A DNA stretch of 64,000 bases from the NCBI RefSeq assembly GCF_902713615.1, contig NC_052166.1:2404961-2468960 (forward strand), written 5' to 3'. Both the position numbers and the translations under genes were made by a program. The DNA is from Scyliorhinus canicula (taxonomy: Eukaryota). Positions 60,440 through 64,000 of the stretch are shown piece by piece. Numbering within the stretch: the stretch's first letter is position 1; every line of letters begins with the position of its first letter. The notes below the pieces were generated by a model. It saw only the letters and a program-made list of their open reading frames with translations. It was not told the origin of the DNA and did no database searches.

Positions 60440-62497
60440 ATCAGCCTCCGAGATCTTCCACCGTGCGATGGAGGCTATCATTGAAGGAATACCCATAAGG
60501 AGAAGACAGAGCGGGCGGTGTTGGACAGGCCGGTAGGTGAAGTTTTACAGGTGGACAGGAGGTACACGGAGTCTCCGGATGACGGGTTTCTGAAGGAGCG
60601 TCAGAGACGGCAGCTGGGATTTGGGCTCCTGTCCACAGGTCAGGCAGAGGGACAGCTGAGGAGGGTAAAGGGGGCGGTGTATGTATATGGAGGAAAAGCC
60701 AGCAGGATGTTAGCGCATCAGCTGAGGAAACAGGAGGCGGCGAGAGAGGTTGGGAAAGTGAGGGATACAGGGGGGGGGTAGGTGGTTTTGGGTCCGCCGG
60801 GGGTGAATGATGTGTTTCGGGAGTTTTACAGTGGATTGTATATATCAGAACCCCCAGCTGGGGAGGGGGGTTGAAATGATTTGGGGGGGGGGGGGGGTGG
60901 CTGGAGTTCCCGAGGATAGATGAGGAGTTAGTGGAGGATTTGGGAGTCCCAATTGGGCTGGGGGAGATTATAGACGGCTTGGGCAAAAGCCCTGGCCCCG
61001 GATGGATATCCAGTGGAGTTCTATAAGACATTTACAGGGCTGTTGGGGCCGCTCCTGGCAAAGGCTTTTAATGAGTCCAAGGAGCTGGGAGTGCTCCCCC
61101 CAACGTTATCACGGGCATCGATTTCCCCTATCGAGAAACGGGATAAATCATAGAATTTACAGTGCAGAAAGAGGCCATTCAGCCCATCGAGTCTGCACCG
61201 GCTCCTGGAAAGAGCACCCTACCCAATGTTAACACCTCCACCCTATCCCCATAACCCAGCAACCCCACCCGACACTAAGGGCAATTTTGGACACTAAGGG
61301 CAATTTAGCATGGCCAATCCACCTAACCCGCACATCTTTGGACTGTGGGAGGAAACCGGAGCACCCGGAGGAAACCCACGCACACACGGGGAGGACGTGC
61401 AGACTCCGCACAGACAGTGACCCAGCCGGGAATCGAACCTGGGACTCTGGAGCTGTTAGGGGATTGTGCTATCCACAATGCTACCGCTAAAGATCCGGAA
61501 AACTATGGGTCGTAGAGGCCAATCTCCCTACTAAATGTAGATGCAAAATTGCTGGCAAAGATCTTAGCCACACGTATAGAGGACTGTGTTCTGGGGGCTA
61601 ATAGGGGAGGACCAGACGGGATCTGTTAAGGGACGACACCTGACGTCCAACATTACGTGGCCTCCTTAACGTAATAATGATGCCTGCGAAGGGGCGCGAG
61701 GTCGAGGTGGTGGTAGCCATGGATGCAGAAAAGGCCTTTGATCGGGAATATCTGTGGGAGGTCCTGGGAAGGTTTGGGTTTGGGCAGGGTTTTGTGGATT
61801 GGGTCCGGTTGTTATATCAGGCCTGGGTTGCAAATGTAAGGACCAATCGGGTTCGATTGGAATATTTAAGCCTGTGTCGGGGGATGAGACAGGGATATCC
61901 ACCCTCCCCACCACTGTTTGCCCTGGCCATAGAGCCTTTGGCAATGGCACTGATTGAACATTTGGCGGGGAATAGTGAGAAGGGGGTGGAACATAGGGTC
62001 TCGCTCTATGAGGACGATTTGCTCCTTCATATCACAGACCCGTTTGGAGGGGATTGCAGGAATTATGGGGATACTGGAGGAATTTGGTCGGTTCTCAGGT
62101 TACAAACTGACTATGGACAAGAGCGAGATTTTTGCAATCCAGGCAAGGGGGCAGGAGAGGAAACTGAGGGAGATGCCGTTCAAAGTGGTGGGAGGGAGTT
62201 TTAGGTATCTGGGCATTCAGGTGGCAAGGGACTGGGGTCAGCTTCACAAACTAAATTTGGGCAGATTAATAGAGCAGATTAGAGGGTTGTTCCGAAGGTG
62301 GGACGTGCTCCCACTGTCATTGGCGGGGCGCGTATAGGCTGTGAAAATGACAGTCCTCCCCAGATTGCTGTTCGTGTTTCAGTGTTTCCCAATTTTCTTC
62401 CAAAGGCGTTTTTTAGGAAGATGAATGTGGCAATCTCGGGTTTTATTTGGGCCGGGAAAGCCCCACGGGTCAAGAAGGTCCTTCTTGAGCAGGGGCG

Positions 62498-62532
<35 letters not shown>

Positions 62533-63065
62533 CTGGGCCTTCTGAACTTAATCACCTATTACTGGGTGGCTAACATATTGATGGTTAGGAAGTGGGTGGT
62601 GGGGAAGGGGTCATTGTGGGAGCGGGTAGAGGCAGCATCTTGCAAGGACACGAATCTGAAGGCTTTGTTAACGGCACCTCTGCCGTTCTCGCCGGCTCCG
62701 TACTCCACAAACCCAGTGGTGGCGGCAGCCCTGAGGGTCTGGGGGCAATGGAGGCAGCACATGGGACTGGAGGGGGCGGCGGTGTGGTCACCAATCTGTG
62801 ATAACCACCGGTTGGCTCTGCGGGGTGCTGGACGGGGGCTCCAGGAGGTGGCAGCGGGAAGGGATCGAAATATTCGGAGATCTTTTTATTGAGGAGGGTT
62901 TCCCGAGCCTGGAGGAGCTGGAGGTAGAGTTTGAGTTGCCGGGTGAGAATGGGTTCCGGTACTTGCAAGTGCAGGATTTTGTTCGGTGGCCGGTCCTGTG
63001 CTTCCCGTGTCTCCCACTAAGGGCAAGGTGATGTCAAAAACAGGGGTTGGGGAGGGGAAGGTCTC
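60440..63065 (+). mobile_element. L1/Tx1-like ORF2 fragment with SINE insertion
   Basis: KASRMLAHQLRKQ, RPISLLNVDAK, MDAEKAFDR, SLYEDDLLL, FRYLGIQV. Confidence 0.9.
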
Positions 63066-63074
63066 GGAAATATA

Positions 63075-64000
63075 GAACATAGAACATAGAACATAGAACG
63101 ATACAGCGCAGTACAGGCCCTTCGGCCCTCGATGTTGCACCAACATGGAAAACATCTAAAGGCCATCTAACCTACACTATGCCCTTATCATCCATATGCT
63201 TATCCAATAAATTTTTTAATGCCCTCAATGTTGGCATGTTCACTACTGTTGCAGGTAGGGCATTCCACGGCCTCACCACTCTTTGCGTAAAAAACCCACC
63301 TCTGACCTCTGTCCTATATCTATTACCCCTCAATTTAAGGCTATGTCCCCTCGTGCTAGCCACCTCCATCCGCGGGAGAAGGCTCTCGCTGTCCACCCTA
63401 TCTAACCCTCTGATCATTTTGTATGCCTCTATTAAGTCACCTCTTAACCTTCTTCTCTCTAACGAAAACAACCTCAAGTCCATCAGCCTTTCCTCATAAG
63501 ATTTTCCCTCCATACCAGGCAACATCCTGGTAAATCTCCTCTGCACCCGTTCCAAAGCTTCCACGTCCTTCCTATAATGAGGCGACCAGAACTGTACGCA
63601 ATACTCCAAATGCGGCCGTACTAGAGTTTTGTACAACTGCAACATGACCTCATGGCTCCGGAACTCAATCCCTCTACCAATAAAGGCCAACACACCATAG
63701 GCCTTCTTCACAACCCTATCAACCTGGGTGGCAACTTTCAGGGATCTATGTACATGGACACCGAGATCCCTCTGCTCATCCACACTACAAAGAATTTTAC
63801 CATTAGCCAAATATTCCGCATTTCTGTTATTCTTTCCAAAGTGAATCACCTCACACTTCTCCACATTAAACTCCATTTGCCACCTCTCAGCCCAGCTCTG
63901 CAGCTTATCTATGTCCCTCTGTAACCTGCAACATCCTTCCGCACTGTCTACAACTCCACCGACTTTAGTGTCGTCTGCAAATTTACTCACCCATCCTTCT
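63075..64000 (-). mobile_element. Young CR1 3' end (RT C-terminus, intact 272-aa frame)
   Basis: KFADDTKVGG to RPHLEYCVQFWSP; (ATAGAAC)n tail at 63072-63098. Confidence 0.95.

Overview
This is eukaryotic genomic DNA, most likely from a shark (inferred from abundant HE1/V-SINE copies, CR1 LINEs with ATAGAAC tails and shark-type minisatellites). Most of it is repeat-derived and it has three N-gaps. The repeats hide a divergent (head-to-head) pair of MHC-like genes that the ORF track only catches in fragments. On the minus strand is an alpha-type chain, with a leader exon at 13829-13913 and an alpha1 exon at 1420-1665; the rest lies left of the window. On the plus strand is a complete 6-exon beta-type chain of 272 aa: leader 33706-33796, beta1 38866-39141, beta2 Ig-C1 42448-42729, TM 45481-45591, cytoplasmic 47309-47338 and 49903-49931. 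The exon layout is class II-like but the membrane-distal domains carry class I-type motifs, which best fits the W-category MHC (WA/WB); this assignment is an inference. A decayed, tRNA-Arg-primed, env-bearing endogenous retrovirus (15748-32631, 5-bp TSD) sits between the two start codons and is itself full of nested elements. The remainder is L1-like, CR1, Rex1 and Gypsy fragments, solo LTRs, MITEs, SINEs and four minisatellite families (23, 33, 45 and 69 bp). No rRNA, tRNA or CRISPR array is present.
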